Shown here: positions 49,580-62,210 of the stretch, piece by piece
How the letters are laid out: each line of letters begins with the position of its first letter
How positions within the stretch are numbered: position 1 is the first letter of the stretch
Assembly (NCBI GenBank): GCA_951406725.2
Contig: OX597814.1
Span: 51,956,001 to 52,020,000, forward strand
Source of the DNA: Octopus vulgaris
Lineage: Eukaryota
DNA length: 64,000 bases
Reading direction: 5' to 3'
Position numbers and translations under genes: made by a program
The notes under the pieces: generated by a model
The model's database searches: none
What the model saw: the letters and a program-made list of their open reading frames with translations, nothing else
What the model was told of the DNA's origin: nothing

Positions 49580-49950
49580 CAAACACTAATTGTTGACAGT
49601 AGACTTGAGCATTGATTGTTGCATTAGGTAGTAACAATTCAAAGTGAATTACTCCTTTGCAATCCCACCAGATAGAGAGAACCTTTTCCCTTGAAGTTCC
49701 CTCCTTGGTTGTGGTTGAGTTTTTTCCCTTTTACCAAGCCACTGTTTACAACATTTAACATTTCGATAGAAGATCCATTTTTCATCACAAGTCTGTCCAA
49801 AAAGGGTGAAATGAGTTTGCGAGAATGGAGAGAAGAGCAGATGTCAACTCAGGATTTGCGGTTGCTTTTGGGCAATTCATGAGGCACCCATTTTCCAAGT
49901 TTAGGAACTTTTCAAAGTTGTTGAAGATGACGATGAACAGTTGTATGGTT
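49580..49950 (-). pseudogene. Mariner transposase internal fragment
   Basis: HTTVHRHLQQL*KVPKLGKWVPHEL...C.SL..R....PFLDRL-CDEKWIFY.NVK..KQWL ... IWWDCKGVIHFELL.PNATINAQVYCQQL. Confidence 0.85.
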
Positions 49951-51904
49951 GGAACATGTATGCACATATACATACACACATATGTATACACATCAACATA
50001 ATACTGTGAGAGTGAGAACAAGGGAAACAATTGAGAAATGAGCAATATGGGCATGAACCTTTATTGTCAAGAGTGGACAAGATTCTTGTTACAAATAATT
50101 TACAAGTAATGAATTTATGGATTATTGAGAAAGAAGGTTTATCCAACCAGAAAATGTTAAAAGAAAAATAATGCAACAGAACAAAGGCTGAAAGAGCTTT
50201 GTAATTGCTGGAGGAATATTGTGTAAATGGTCAAAATCAAATTCTGGAAACCTCCTTTTATAACTTAAGGGGATTCCTATAGAAAACTCAAGTATAATTT
50301 CCATAGCTTCATGGGGCCAGGAACAGGGGGTGCAAGTACACCTCCTAAAGTTTTTGTTGGGTGCATTCCTACTTACTTTTCAAATGTTTAGAAAACAGTG
50401 AGTAAAAAGTGATTTGTATAAAGTAGCTTGAAGTCAGGTTTCTTCTCAGAGAACAAAGAACAAAAATAAAACAACAATATCACCTTGTTTGTAAAAAAAA
50501 TTTGGATCTGAGTTTGCACCCACTAAGCAAATTTTATTCTTGAGCCAGTACATAGCACAATCCCTTCCACAGCAGAATAATAGTGTCACATAACTTTCCC
50601 AGGTAAATCTGATACTTACTATCTAGACCATAAGTGAACCAAAGCAATTGTTGAATTGTAGAAGATTTACAATCCACAGAGTTGTAATTAAATCCTTTAT
50701 TCAGTCATTTTACATATAATGTCTGCAGACTAATGATATTTATATAAATGTTTGCATCATACGCATAATATACTGCACATATTTCCATACGTAGTTAAGT
50801 ATTTATTTGAATTTAATACTATTATATTTACACATACTTATCAACATATACACATTAAAGATGGAAAACACTGCATAAAATGCTCATATATTTGTGTACC
50901 TGCAAGTGTGGTGAGAACATGATAGCTCATTGATAGAGTTTTCCGAGAACTGTTACATGCAATTCAAAAGCAAGTTAAGAGTATTTGTACTAATAAAAAA
51001 TTAGGCTTACGGTGATAACTTTAAAATTTACCAAACATACAAAAGCAGTTTCTGAATTTGTTACTAAATTTAAATTGGTTCACTAACAACAAACACACCA
51101 TTCTGCCATATTCTACAGATGTACCAGAATTTACACCTACAAACTGAATTGAAGACAAAGACATACAGTATGCTTTGGCTGCTACACTGCACCCTATACA
51201 ACCATACTGAAACAGAACATAGTCTAGATGAGAGACCTATATGTTGCTCTTTTCATATTCTATTGGCTATCTCTGTTGCAACAGCAGCAACAATAACAAA
51301 ACTATTAATACAAGCAAGTTATTTAGTACAAACAAATTCAATTAAAATAATTACAATAAATCAAAGTTGTTGTTATTTTAACATGTTTTCTATGTTAGAA
51401 AAGAGCAGGATGGGTTGGCTTGCAATACAGAATGTTTCTATTTGTTTTAAATCTACAGCATATTAACTGTAAGCTAAGCATTCTTACTTCCTTTTGAGTT
51501 CATCACTGCCTTGGGTAACTTCCATCATTGCATCATGATAATTTTCTTTTCAGCCAGCAAGTAACATCTATGCATATTACATTGTCATGATAGTGCAGGT
51601 ACCTCTCATGCACACCTTCAGGAATACCTCTGATGCCAAGCTATTTTCACAACTGACATACACTCAGCCTTTATTCAAAATTGTCTCTAGAGATCTAACC
51701 TAATCACTCAGCTTTCAAGGTCACTGCTTACATAGACTTTCCTATGTACAACTTTAGGAAGCTGTTTATCTTCTGTGGTGTCAAAGAGCTATTTCTTTCT
51801 CATCCATACCTTGGTTACTATACTTTTATTAGAACCACAACCAACACAAATTATATCACCTTAGTAAAACATTCTAGTCTGTAAAACTACTAGTCTGTAG
51901 CATT

Positions 51905-52215
51905 CATCATCATCGTTTAACATCCATTTTCCATGCTGGCATGAGTTGGACAGTTTGACTGGGGACTGACAAGCTAGGAGGCACCAGGCTCCAACCAGAT
52001 CTGGCAATGTTTCTACAGCTGGATGCCATTCCTAATGCCAACCACTCTGAGAGTGTAGTGAGTGTTTTTTATGTGCCAGTGGTATGGGAGCCAGTATGGC
52101 AGTACTAGCATTGGCCATGTTCGGATGGTGCTTTTTACATGCCACTGGCACGGGATGCCAGTCAGGTGGCTCTGGCAGCAACCCATGTTTGATTGGTGCT
52201 TATTGTATGTTGCCA
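51905..52215 (-). mobile_element. RTE-LINE 3'-end copy
   Basis: (cat)n tail and 2-3 hairpin units. Confidence 0.8.
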
Positions 52216-52234
52216 ATAAGTATCCCTCTTCTTA

Positions 52235-52902
52235 AAACATCGAGATGCCAAGAACTTGCAATTGTCAAGCTTCAACCAGCTTACAAGGACACTGCCATGA
52301 GCGAAACACAAGTTTTTGAGTGGTTTTCACACTTTAGGCATGGTCACTTGTCACTTAAAGACCAACTTTGTTCAGGGCAACTGCCCACCTCTCAAAGGAA
52401 TGAAAACATTATGAAAATTTATGAACCAATTTTGGAGGACTGTCACAGAGTAACAGATGAACTTGAAATGATAGTGTGTCCTGGAGCTCCTGCCAACAAA
52501 CTTTGAGTGAAGACTTGTGAATGAAAGAGTTGCAGCAAAATTTGTGCCTCGCTTGCTCACAGAAAATCAAAAGCAGTCATGAATGCATGTCATGAACTGA
52601 AAGAACAGTTGGGAGTTGATCTGGGCCTCATTTTGAAGAGCATCACTGGTGACGAAAGTTGGTGCTACAAAATTTGCAGATGAGGAAGAGGTGAAGAAGA
52701 CTAATAAAAAAGTCGACAGAAGCATTAAAAGGCATCACTTCACAAGAGTTCCAGTACTGCTTCAAACAGTGGAAAATGCATCTGGACCAATACATTGCTT
52801 CAAACGGAGAATACTTTGAAGGTGATTAAAGTGTAAATGTGCAAAACTAAGTGAATAAAATAATATTGCAAAATTCTGGGTTTTTTGGGGTACCATCTTG
52901 CA
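52235..52902 (+). mobile_element. Internally deleted mariner of a second family; only the right TIR remains
   Basis: AYKDTAMSETQVFEWFSHFRHG, MKRVAAKFVPRLL and ITGDESWCY (52642-52668) joined to C-terminal FADEEEVK...; right TIR-like aaattctgggttttttggggtaccatcttg. Confidence 0.8.
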
Positions 52903-54049
52903 TATAGATTTGTAGATCTGTCTGAACTTGTATAAGCAAAAGAAAATTGGGCAGAAATTGAAAAATATTTATGAGTATAAGAACAAAAAGAGAATGAGTA
53001 TGTCAGGAAAAAAAGCATTACAAATTGGAGAAAATAGGGAAGAGAAAAAAATAATAGAAGAAGAGAGAGAGAGAAAAATAGAAGAAAAACAAGCACAGAA
53101 AAATATATACAGCAAAAAAAGATAAAATAAGTGAAAAGAAAACAATTATCTAATATTAATAAAGTTTACTCTGTATTAGATTGACCAGTCATTAGTCTTA
53201 ATTTAAATACATTACATCATGTTGGGTGGATACAAATGCTAGCACTTAAGTTTGCATCATGAATGCTTATCTTAGATCTTGATTCCATGGTCTATCACAA
53301 CTATTACAATATATTGCTAGACTCGACTCTTTACTCTACATGACTAATCTGGAAGATCAACTTCCAGTTGATCAGAAAGAGCCGCAGACAAATTAGTTTC
53401 TTATCCCAGTAAACTTCTTTCTGCTGAATGCAATAAAAACCAGTGATGAGTGACAATGAAACTGATTCTTGCAACATGAGTGCTTTTTTTAAAATGCCTT
53501 ACTCCTTGACAAAAAAAAAAATACTAAAACAAAATTAAGCATCTAAACATATTTCCATATTCTCCATTATTTAATTAAAAAAGGTATGAAGGTATCAATG
53601 CATAACATGGTCAATTTTTCATGTCAATTATTTTGATGGAAGGAGGCCACTTTTCTTCAACCTTAATCATAGTTGAAAGAGTCAACTCCAGTATATTATC
53701 AATGCTTATCAATGCTGAATGAATAAAAGTTACAGTTGACTGCAATTAGATGTTGAATCTACAGGGATGTTCTCAGCTGATCATCCAGAATGGCACCACC
53801 CTCCTCATTCAGGGTGTTAACTATAATTTTAGAAAGATGCACATGATTCATCCTCTCATTGGATGTTTCCCAGAAGATTACTTGGTTAGATGGGAATCCT
53901 CTAGCAAGAATAGGGTACTGATCATAAAATGAAATAGGTGGCATCTCTATCATTGAGTCATTGTAATCAGTAGGTGATTATGTATTTAACTAGACAGAAA
54001 CCATTATCCAAATTAACATCATCACATAGTCTTTGGATGCATTTAGCAG

Positions 54050-54388
54050 AGTGGAAATTGTCGCTGTGATACCAGTGCTGGTGGCACATAAGAACCATCC
54101 AAACGTGGCCATTGCCAGTGCTGCCCTGACTGGCTTCCGTGCCGGTGGCACGTAAAAAGCACCATCCGACCGTGGCTGTTTGCCAGACTCGTCTAGCATC
54201 TGTGCAGGTGGCACGTAAAAAGCACCCACTACACTCATGGAGTGGTTGGTGTTAGGAAGAGCATCCAGCCGTAGAAACATTGCCAGATCAGACTGGGCCT
54301 GGTGCAGCCTTCTGGCTTCCCAGACCCCAGTTGCACCGTCCAACCCATGCCAGCATGGAAAGCGGACGCTAAAAGATGATGATGATGT
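54050..54388 (+). mobile_element. RTE-LINE 3'-end copy with three hairpin units
   Basis: Near-colinear with 20158-20559. Confidence 0.85.
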
Positions 54389-55739
54389 TCTGTTGTAAGT
54401 ATTCAGGTCAGGTCTTCATCTGGAGAATGCCTTCCCCTTTTGCTCCTCCCAGTCTTGGAAACCCTAGAAAGGGCCATAAGCACTGATTTTCCTCACAACT
54501 AAGCTAGGAAAAAAAATACTAAAACTTTTAGTCATCATTGCTACCCACTTCTAAGAACATGGTGTCATAATTAAAATCTTAGCACAATAAACAACAGTTA
54601 TAGACATAATTCATTTGATGTGAATAGATGTCTTTAATCCATAATAAAGCTAAAATCAAGGGAAGAGCTTTCATGTAAGTCAATTTCCATTGAATGTATT
54701 TCCTCTTTTTAAGTGTTCTGACTCCAAATAATTTGAAAACTGATCCTAAAACTCCTTAGATTTAAATCAAACTAATATTAAACTAAATACATGTCTAAGA
54801 CTACTGATGTTAAACTGAATGAACTAGCATTCCTGAGAAAACAGACTGAAGCAACATTAAGTAGAAAATATTAACTATTAAAGGCAAAAGAAAAATTATG
54901 AAAAGAAACCAAAACCTGTAAAGAAGTGAAATCTTTGATACAATAAGAAAAATAAGTACTATTGTAAGGTAAACAAATGATTTAAAGCAATAAATATTGA
55001 AGTAGTTATAGGCAAGAACGCGAATTATCAATAGAAGAAAGCTTCACAAGCTGAAAGTGAAGCACATCCTATTTAGTGTCAAATAAATCAATATGTGTTG
55101 GTTTCTATCACAGCCTTTCCCTCTGCTTCTCCCCTCCCTTTCTTTTCATTACTCTCACTGAAAGACTTTCCTCTTGAAATGTTCAATTGCTCTTAATTTA
55201 TTACATATTGACACAACCCAAAAGAACAAATGTCAGGATATAGTAGTTTTGTAGATAAGGAATACAGAAAGAAAGAAGGGAATAATAAGAAAAAAGAATA
55301 AGAAAACAGAAAAGAAAATAATGCATGCAAAAAAGAAAAAGCATTGGTGTTTGATGATTGGGTTCCATTTTCTAATTAAGCCTGCTAACTGGTTCATCGA
55401 AATAGAACAATATAATTTGCACACTACATCATGTAAAAACTCAATATAAATCAGTGTATTGCTATACAAAGGTATGTCTGTATGTATATCCAAGCATAGT
55501 GCTAAGCTGCAAGAAGTTTACAGAGAAGCAAGAAACCACAACCAGATTTATTGATTTCAGTTAAAACTAAACTGAAAGACTTAGGTGAGAGTAACAATTA
55601 TTGCATATGGAGCAATATAAACGATAAGAGAATCTCGTTCCAAGAACTATTAGAACGCTAATAGCATGAAGTAGTAACAGAATATATACAGCATTAAGAG
55701 CATGCAGGCATACAGAGTTGTACTGCCAACATTATACTC

Positions 55740-57420
55740 TTTTGCATGTATCTTCAAGTTGTATTTGACTTCTGCCAATAGCATGTCTCTGATTCTACCT
55801 ATTCTTCACATGTCTGAAGCTGAATCAATTATGACATCCCAGTCACCTCCATCTCATCTACCCTCCCCATGGGTAGTTGCCCTCTTCCATTTGAACCTTC
55901 AGTTTTTTTTTTCTCATCCACCTTCTTTATGTGATTTAAGAATTCTAAATCTTTGACAGTCAGTGCTTCCAAAGTATTTACAAATTTTACTTACCGCCGC
56001 ATTAATCTATTTGTTATTTCTATCCCTCTAAAGTTCAATAATCATAAGATTTATATTACAAATGCATTACTCTTCTTTATACCTTGCTATTTCTTTTTAA
56101 TTACCCAGCTTTCACATACACACTAGATATACCATTGACTTTTAAAATCTCACCTTTATTCTTAGTAACATTTTTTAATATTTTTCATAATATACTCTTG
56201 TCCCATCATCACAGCATTTTCAATATAGTTATTCTTTTCATTTCATTTGAGCATCTTTCCACTTTTCAGTCTTGGATTCAGAAAAGTTAACTCCGTTTTC
56301 TGATTTCCAATCTGAAATTTCTTCACGTTAACATAACTTCAATGTTTTGTTTTTTAATTTATATTCAGTTTCAATCAAGGTTTGCACTTTCTTCTCTTAG
56401 CTTTTCTTGCATTCTCTTCAAACCCTCTTGCTTTTTCACCAAAAACTATATGCCATCTGCATATTTCAGATTGTAAATTGTCTGCCTCATTATTTTTAAC
56501 TCCACCCATTTCACCTAATCCTGCTTGTCCCAAGATATTTTCACTATACATGTTGAAAAGTATAGGGGAAAATATGAAACCTTATCTAGCTCATTTTTTC
56601 TATTGCTAAGTATTTGATGTCTGAAAATCTATCCTTAATGTAACTTTTTGTTTTGATTAAAAGTTTTCCATGAGAAAGACTAAATACTTGCACATCACTT
56701 TTCTTTAGTATAGGGATATTTACTGATTTATTCTATTATTTTAACCATCATTTTCACTTCTAAATATTTTAAAGATTTGTATGATGATATTCCTATTGAA
56801 GAATATCATCAGATGTTTTCAACAGTTCAATAGGAATATCATCTGTATTAGATTAGATGTTTTCTCTTTTACTAGTTCAGAAATTGCCCAACATACCTCT
56901 ACTTCAATTGCTATGTTCTTTCTCCTCACACACCTATAATGGAGATTCATCATCTCTTTTGTACAACTCTTCTGCATATTCTTTCTATTGTGCTTTAACA
57001 GAACCTCCTTGAATTATATCTTATCCTTTTTTTATGCTATGAAAATCAAATTCAAGGGACAAATTATCAGTAATTTCCTTTATTTTCTTGAAAGGTTCTT
57101 ATCTCTTACTTTCGGTTGATTTCTTTCAGATATTTAACATTCCTTTTTCAAATAATTGATTTTTTTTTTTTTGCCACATGCTGGAATTAACAATTCAATT
57201 TTCTCAATTTCTTAATACCACCTGTTGTTTCTGTTTGCTGCTATTCTACAATTCCTATTGTTGTTGCTAAAAGCCATTTGTCTGTCTCTTACTAGTTTTC
57301 TTCTAGTAAAATGATTTCTTGTTGCTTCTTGAACAATGTCTTACATTTCATGCCATAACTCTTCAGGATGTGTGTCAATGTTATTATGAATTGATTAATG
57401 ACTTACACAGCTTCATTTTC
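55740..57420 (-). pseudogene. Old BovB-like RTE LINE RT relic
   Basis: Minus ~56590-56340: AR*GFIFSPILFNMYSENI...GGVK...IYNLKYADG....K..GL...EKLREES...LNI..K. Outer limits are uncertain. Confidence 0.65.
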
Positions 57421-57814
57421 AAGTAATTCCTGGAGATTGTACCTCTCTGCCCCCTACTTGATTTTATTTTAATTTATAATTTGATCTTGTATTAAATATA
57501 AGCTGTTGAATATCTGCTGCCTAAGCAACCCCTAGTTAAGTAAAAAATCAATTGAATCACAATATTATTCACCAGGTGATATCCATAAATATCATCTCAT
57601 TGGTTGCTCAAAATAAATGTATTAGCTCTGCATAGAAAATTATCTACATCTAACTCCAATTTTATTCTTTTCATGTAATCCATATTATCCATTTAATTCT
57701 CTCCAACTTTGCACTAAAGCCTTCTATAATAAAGAGCATCTCAGCTTGGTATATCATCAGTTACAAGTACTCGTTAAGAGTGATTTAATAGATCTTTTGT
57801 TTTGTTTTTCTTTT

Positions 57815-58215
57815 TGTTTCTTTTACTTGTTTCAGTCATTTGACTGGGGCCATGCAGGAGCACCACCTTTTAGTAAAAGAGATCAACCCCCTAGACTTAT
57901 TCTTTGTAAGCCTGGTACTTGCTCTATCAGTCTTTTCTGCCAAACTACTAAGTTACAGAGACGTAAACACACCAACATTAGTTGTCAAGCGATGGTGAGT
58001 AGGGGAACAAACAGACACAAAGTCACAGACACATAAATATATACATATATATGACAGGCTTCTTTCGGTTTCCCTCTACCAAATCCACTCTCAAGACTTT
58101 GGTGGGCCAAAGGCTATAATAGATGACACTTACCCAAGATGCCATGCAGTGGGACCGAGCCCAGAACCACATGGTTAGGAAGTAAGCTTCTTACCCCACA
58201 GCCACTTCTGCACCT
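57815..58215 (-). mobile_element. SINE family A, tail type 1
   Basis: Colinear with 18155-18591. Confidence 0.85.
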
Positions 58216-58877
58216 ATGTATACACTAATTATCTGCAACTAACAAAAACATGCATGTATATTATATACATGATATTCATATACACACATCTGTATACACA
58301 CATATGCTTAAAACCTGTTACTGAAATTCCAGTTTTCTACTAAATGTTTGTCTCTGCTTAAGTTCCTGTTGACATATAGTCTAAGTACAAAATAAAACAA
58401 ATATTTCAAAACTGAATACTGAAGTTAACTGAAGTAAGAAAATATCAAGTTTAAATATTGGACTTCTCTCACTGAAACTGTAAATAATATTCTTAATCTG
58501 TTTTTGATACTGAAAAACAAGGTGGAGGGGAAATAATCTAAAAATCTATAATGGAATTTGAATTAATATAAATATATTCTCCAAAACAGAAGATAAAATA
58601 ATGCCAAAAAAAGATTTGAAAACAAAAAGGACTGTATTAGGAAACCAAAATTAGTTAAATCACATCTGCTGTAACTCATTTCCTGTTTAGCAGAAAATTT
58701 TTAATTATTTAAGAAATTCATGTTGATCTGCATTACAGAAGCACCACCTTATGAACTATATTTTGAACTGTTGAAGTTTGCATAGCATTTTAGATCTTTC
58801 AATATTTGTTATCTGTCTAACTGATATTCAACAAAACAAATGTAGATTACTCAGATAAGGAACAAGATAATGAATTG

Positions 58878-58975
58878 AGAGAGAGGGAGAGAGAGGGGAG
58901 AGAGAGAGGGGGGGAGAGAGAGAGGGGAGAGAGAGAGAGGGGAGAGAGAGAGAGGGAGGGAGAGAGAGAGAGAGA
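58878..58975. repeat. (GA)n/G-run polypurine tract
   Basis: About 98 nt of A/G only on the plus strand. Confidence 0.95.
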
Positions 58976-60104
58976 TCAAAAATCTACTCTCAAGTTTAAA
59001 TTGTCAAAAAATTTTTGATACAAATACAATTTCTAGTATAAGCAGAAAATAGCTATGTGAATGAAGATGGAGCTACTTTTTCTTTCTCATTACATACACC
59101 ACGCCTACTAGTATCTGTAGTCATGACTACCATGTCAAAATCTGGAGCGTTAGGACTTCTTGGAAAAGATACAGCAGTGGTCTCCCATTGCCTTCAGTTG
59201 GTTTACTTACAGTCTCCTGCTCTCCCAAGCTTACACTTGAGATATACAGCTTACCCATACATTTGTATGGACATACAGTACCTTGGGACAATATGTCCAT
59301 ACATAATTAGCCCTGCACCAAATCCTGTATGCCTTAAATACAGGACCATCTTCTGTTATTTGACCTATAACTGAGCCCTTGAGAGGTACTACTACTCTGG
59401 TTCAGTATAGGCACTGTGGAACTGCAGCAGCCCCTATTTCCACTCGATATTATCAATAACATTCAATATAATGAGTCCTTTTTCGTTAATTCTTTCTTTA
59501 TATTTCTACATTATATAATCCTTAAGCTTAATGTCAGTAGCCATCCCCTAGTTTATGGAAAAAATACAAAAGTCCTTGTATAGAACTGCATGCTTCACAG
59601 TTCCAGTGACGCAGTGTTTGGCTCTTGTGTGCATGCTCACATGTCTGAGGTAGGAAGCTTCATACTAGGGAGAGAGAGCACTGCGTGAACGACAGTGCTG
59701 ACTCCAGTGAAATGTAGTATTTCTTTTTGACTCCGTGTATATTGTGCTTAAAAACATGTTTATATTCTTGAATGTGATAAAGTATAGAATTAGATTATTA
59801 TTCTGCTTCCAGCTTTAGTGTCGCTGCCAGGATTTGAAAACTAGGGCACTTTTTCACCCCTTATTTTGTTATTTAGGGGGAATTTTTGAAAAACAAAGGG
59901 GAATTTGCAGCAGTGTTCAGTGAACAAATTAAGCACACTATTTGACAGTGGCTAAAACACGAACTGATCAAGTTTACGTATAAATTTTCTTTTTATATGT
60001 TTGTTTCCTTTTACACAGTATTAAAACGGCTAAAAATTTTCTGAAACTAATTTTACCTACGAGCCACCACTGTCCTCAACTGAAGCCACACCATTCAATG
60101 TAGT

Positions 60105-60330
60105 TTAATCCTTTTGTTACCATTTCTGTTGAGATGCTCTGTGTTTCTTTCAATTAATTTTAAATAGAACAAAGAATTTAGTAAAATAACTTAGTTATCA
60201 TTAAGCTAGTGTTAACATAAATTGTGACTAATGTCTGCTAAAAGATTCTAATTCAGAACTTTTGAAAACAAGTCATACGTACTACAGAGCCAGAGATGGT
60301 TTCAGCCAGGATTAATGGGCAAAAGAACTA
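60105..60330. mobile_element. piggyBac-like MITE, family 3
   Basis: ttaatccttttgttacc left end; body matches 16770-16984. Confidence 0.6.
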
Positions 60331-62059
60331 TTAAAGACTATAGACTTATATACCACAACCAGCATTGTTTCATGTCATTTGTCATGACAGTTCTACTTGC
60401 TTTAATTCACATAGCTGAAGAATTAGAATTGGCCTCATCCATTCAATACAACAAAATGTAATGTTAAATATTAGCTATAAGTTGGAAAAATATCAACTTT
60501 TTATTTTATACTAAAATACTCGTCCAGAAATATGCTACTTGCTATGTAAGTTAATTCACAGGTTTAAATTGATTTTATCTCAATTCTGTCTGCTAAAAAC
60601 TGTTATACATCATGAGGCAGGAAGATAAAAAGCTAGAATTTAAATGAAACTGTTGTATTGCCCAGCAGTAACAAAGTATATGATTGGTTTCTAATCAATA
60701 TTTTTACTGCTCTGAACCACAGGGTGTACAACTAATAATTTTTCCTATTATTTCAATCTATAATACATTTTTTTTGCAACAATATTTATAAATATAGTCT
60801 TCTGATATTTCAACACATGTTTTATTAAGAGATAAATTTTTAAAATATATATGTGTTCAATCTGCTTCAGTGCACATGAGTAACTGCTAGTATACCTATA
60901 TTTGTAAACTTCAAAGAAAAGAAAGATAACCATAACTGGAATACAGCTACAAGCATACTGTATTGGTGAAGGAGTATAAGTTACAGTTGAGGTATAATCT
61001 GTAAGTGAGTGGATTTAAGTGTGTTGTCCAAAGATAAACTCATTTACAAACCTAATAACAATACATTATTCACTCAGTCATTTTATTTTACAAGAATGGT
61101 GTAAATTTGTTTAAATCAGTAAAACATTGGTATCTTAAGATGAAGCTGGCCCTAATGAATAGCAAAAGAATATATGGTAAAGTTCATGTCAGGCATTCCA
61201 CTATCTCTGCAAACTCAATAATTCCAATTATTATTACTATTAATAAGAGAAAAGGTTGACTTTTATAGAATGAGTGTAAAGTTTTGTTATTTGCTTATTT
61301 CATAAGCACAGGTATAGGAACAAGGATCAAATAGCTGTAAACTGTGAATTTCTATTTCGACATAGTGGGAGCACAACCAACAGAACATATGAGAAGGGGT
61401 AACAATATCAACCGTGATCCTGTAGCAATGGAATCAATTGTGTGTCCCCATTTATTTTTATTGCAATATATAGAAAAAAAAAGACAAGTTCACACAAAAA
61501 CTTGTACATGCCATGTGACTGGTGATTTTTAATTATTTAAACAAATGTACAGCATTTCTTATATATTGATTAGTAGTTCAATACATGACAATGAGTTTAA
61601 CCAATGAGATTGATTTCATTAATTTACTAATATTTAATTTATTGATAACAAAGATTTTTTAAAAGATACAACCGTGTTAGAATTTCAGCTTGTAAGTTAC
61701 ATACAAACAGGATACAACAAAGCGTCAATAGCAAAATGATCTCAATTGCAGCAAATACACCACTCTCTGAATACTAAAATGAATCAATATTGAATATCTG
61801 AAAGTCTGTCGATGTTTCTTGATACAAGGCTAGATCCAGCTGACTCCTATGTGCATTAATCCCACTGAGTGTATAAAACTACGAAATAGAAGATCGTAAT
61901 TCCTAAAAATTTTTTTTTAGAGATCTTTAATATATAAAGAAATCCAATAAAGAAAGCAAAAAAGGTCATTTCCACTTCTGTCATTTGAGACATTTATTTT
62001 ATAAGCTAAATGCACATAGGTGGCAAGATTATAAGTGTATTTTATTATTTAAATAATAT

Positions 62060-62210
62060 AAGGCAGTGAGCTGGCAGAATCGTTAGCATGCCAGGCAAAA
62101 TGCTTCACAGCATTTAACCAGTTATTGTTCCGAGATCAGATGCTGACAGGGTTAAGTTTGTCTCTCATGGTTTTGGGGGTCAATAAAATAAGTACCAGTT
62201 GAATACTTAA
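62060..62210 (+). mobile_element. SINE family B, 3'-clipped
   Basis: aggcagtgagctggcagaatcgttagcatgccaggcaaaatgctt...ggggtcaataaaataagtaccagtt. Confidence 0.75.

Noticed and set aside
53650-53960. Possible old RT fragment on the minus strand
   Set aside because: No intact diagnostic motif; too decayed to call by eye.
58878-58975. Functional G-quadruplex or triplex element
   Set aside because: An ordinary degenerate (GA)n microsatellite; non-B DNA is possible, but nothing indicates function.
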